64,000 nt of DNA. Origin: a virus (Duplodnaviria > Caudoviricetes). The stretch covers positions 256,001 through 320,000 of IMG/VR virus record IMGVR_UViG_3300037067_012889; one strand, 5' to 3'. Position numbers and translations under genes: made by a program. Positions 54,414 through 64,000 of the stretch are shown here, in pieces. The notes below the pieces were generated by a model. It was given only the letters and a program-made list of their open reading frames with translations. It was not told the DNA's origin and did not search any database. Within the stretch, counting starts at the first letter, position 1; the number at the start of each line of letters is the position of its first letter.

Positions 54414-56048
54414 TTATAATTCTGCCTCTGCGGTCCAATGACAATTGCACCAACAACTAGCCAACAACGGCCCAACTGACGGAAGTTGGAAGCTCCTAAA
54501 AGCAGGAGATGCAGCTCCCGTTGCGTAATCGCCCTTGGCTACCCCTGAGTAATTCCATAAAGAAAACATCCAAATCGTACCAAGAGATTGAGAATATGTC
54601 GTGACGGTAGGTATCTTAAATTTCACCGCAGTGAAATCTTTCACGTTCGGAACAATAACATTCGTTGTTAGTGAACTTACTGAAAAAACTCCCGAAGAAG
54701 GACCCGCTGTCCCAGGCATCACATCGAGATCATAACTCTTCTCATAATATCTCTGACATAACGCCAACTCTTCCCCTATTGGTCTAGGATTCCAAGCACG
54801 TGCAGGACCGACATGGCAATCGACCTGTGTCAAACCAAACGAGTAACCTGTTATTGGAGATTCTGTCCAAAAGAAAACGATTAGATTGTTGCAGGCACTA
54901 CTTATTGTCGCTGATAAGCTAATTGGAGTAAGACTGCTTGTTACTACCGAAGAACCAACAGCGGCCACAACCAAATTGCTTGCTAAAAAGAAATTGTTTG
55001 GTGTGTAAGATGTACTAGTCCAATCTTTCACTACATCGCTTGTCACTGTATCTGCCACACCTGTCCATTCTAATATAGCATAACGTAAAACAAACGCTGG
55101 TGGAGCAGTAGTTGTCGCTTCGGCCTGCAAAATCACAGTTTGCCCACGTAATGGGAATGAATTAGCACCTTCAACAATTTGCAACAAACCCATTCTTTGT
55201 GCTGTGGCATTGTTCTGTACTGCTAATCCTTCAAACGGCCCAGGTTGTGCTGGTGTACCAGTTGCTAAATTCCAACGCGTAGTTTCGATAGTTGTGGTTT
55301 GTGTTAAAGCTACCCAACGATCGAAACAATATGTATCGTCGACCGATGTGTAGTAATATCCGTATTCATTACGATTTCGTTGAAAGAAATCAAATCCGCC
55401 ATTGATGATTACATTATCAATACCACTCGGACCAGTAGCACCAGAAAGACCAGTTAGGCCGGTCGAACCAATAGAACCCTGAGTACCAACAGGGCCTGTA
55501 GCACCAGTTAATCCAGCCCCTGTAGCACCAATTAATCCAGTAGATCCACGCGGGCCTGTAGCACCAGTTAAACCAGTGCCCGTGGCTCCATTTGGTCCTG
55601 CAACTCCGGTGCTCCCCGTGGCTCCCGTTGGGCCTCCTAAAGGTCCCGTTGCACCTACCGGCCCAGTAGAGCCCGTCGCACCTGTCGGCCCACCGGCTGG
55701 CCCCGTCGCACCAGAAGCACCATCTACACCAGTTGCACCAACACTACCAGTCGCACCAGTCAAGCCAGTAGCACCAAGACCGGTAGCACCAAGACCGGTA
55801 GCACCAGTAGCACCGGTAGGACCACCCAATGGACCTGTGGCACCAGTATAGCCTGTCGCACCAGTAGCGCCTATTGAACCAGATCCACCAGAAACAGTCT
55901 TTTCAGAGCCATCAGAAAATCTCATATTAATAACTACTGTAGTATCACTACCTGTAGTTAGCCATTGATAGACAATATTTTCTGGCGGATTATCACCAAA
56001 AACAGGCGCTGATGTTAATTGTACTACTCTGAATTCTTTAAATTTCAT
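54414..56048 (-). CDS. collagen-like fibre protein with carbohydrate-binding-like C-terminal domain
   Basis: G-A-T repeats, then [13 protein letters not shown]...FDRW and [18 protein letters not shown], motifs common in phage fibres. Confidence 0.8.
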   Translation of the reverse strand: MKFKEFRVVQLTSAPVFGDNPPENIVYQWLTTGSDTTVVINMRFSDGSEKTVSGGSGSIGATGATGYTGATGPLGGPTGATGATGLGATGLGATGLTGATGSVGATGVDGASGATGPAGGPTGATGSTGPVGATGPLGGPTGATGSTGVAGPNGATGTGLTGATGPRGSTGLIGATGAGLTGATGPVGTQGSIGSTGLTGLSGATGPSGIDNVIINGGFDFFQRNRNEYGYYYTSVDDTYCFDRWVALTQTTTIETTRWNLATGTPAQPGPFEGLAVQNNATAQRMGLLQIVEGANSFPLRGQTVILQAEATTTAPPAFVLRYAILEWTGVADTVTSDVVKDWTSTSYTPNNFFLASNLVVAAVGSSVVTSSLTPISLSATISSACNNLIVFFWTESPITGYSFGLTQVDCHVGPARAWNPRPIGEELALCQRYYEKSYDLDVMPGTAGPSSGVFSVSSLTTNVIVPNVKDFTAVKFKIPTVTTYSQSLGTIWMFSLWNYSGVAKGDYATGAASPAFRSFQLPSVGPLLASCWCNCHWTAEAEL

Positions 56049-56050
56049 AG

Positions 56051-58627
<2,577 letters not shown>

Positions 58628-58684
58628 AATATACCTATACAGCTCGATGTATCGCTATCCTTATTATGTTTGGTTGTATAAAAT

Positions 58685-64000
<5,316 letters not shown>

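Overview
The window is a segment of a large (jumbo-type) myovirus-like phage genome. It is densely coding, mostly on the minus strand, and reads in the standard genetic code. Left part (1-31 kb): a contractile-tail and neck module with a gp5/VgrG-like spike, gp53/LysM-like protein, CIS-tube-like protein, tape measure, hub, gp26/gp51-like chaperone pair, three tail-tube paralogues, a 957-aa sheath and gp15/gp14/gp13-like neck proteins. It is interrupted by a primase, two large adhesin-like proteins (one with a Planctomycete-style dockerin) and three free-standing endonuclease genes. Middle (31-53 kb): small proteins with T4-like LxE N-terminal motifs, a nucleotidyltransferase, three glycosyltransferases, and a replication/recombination cluster (Holliday resolvase-like, 5'-3' exonuclease, SSB, UvsY-like, truncated PolA, GroES-like, DnaB-like helicase, RecA, UDG). 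Right end: three Thr-rich collagen-like fibre genes, the last running off the window. Most notable observations: (1) a synonymously diverged, inverted fragment of the tail sheath gene sits in frame directly after the double-HNH gene; (2) three hairpins cover the start codons of potentially toxic genes, and the two at endonuclease genes carry a putative late-promoter motif in the loop; (3) a candidate virion glycosylation system (glycosyltransferases plus G-A-T collagen fibres and Ser/Pro linkers); (4) two probable non-canonical start codons; (5) a probable +1/-2 frameshift in the chaperone pair. All family calls come from motifs recognised by eye; no database searches were run.
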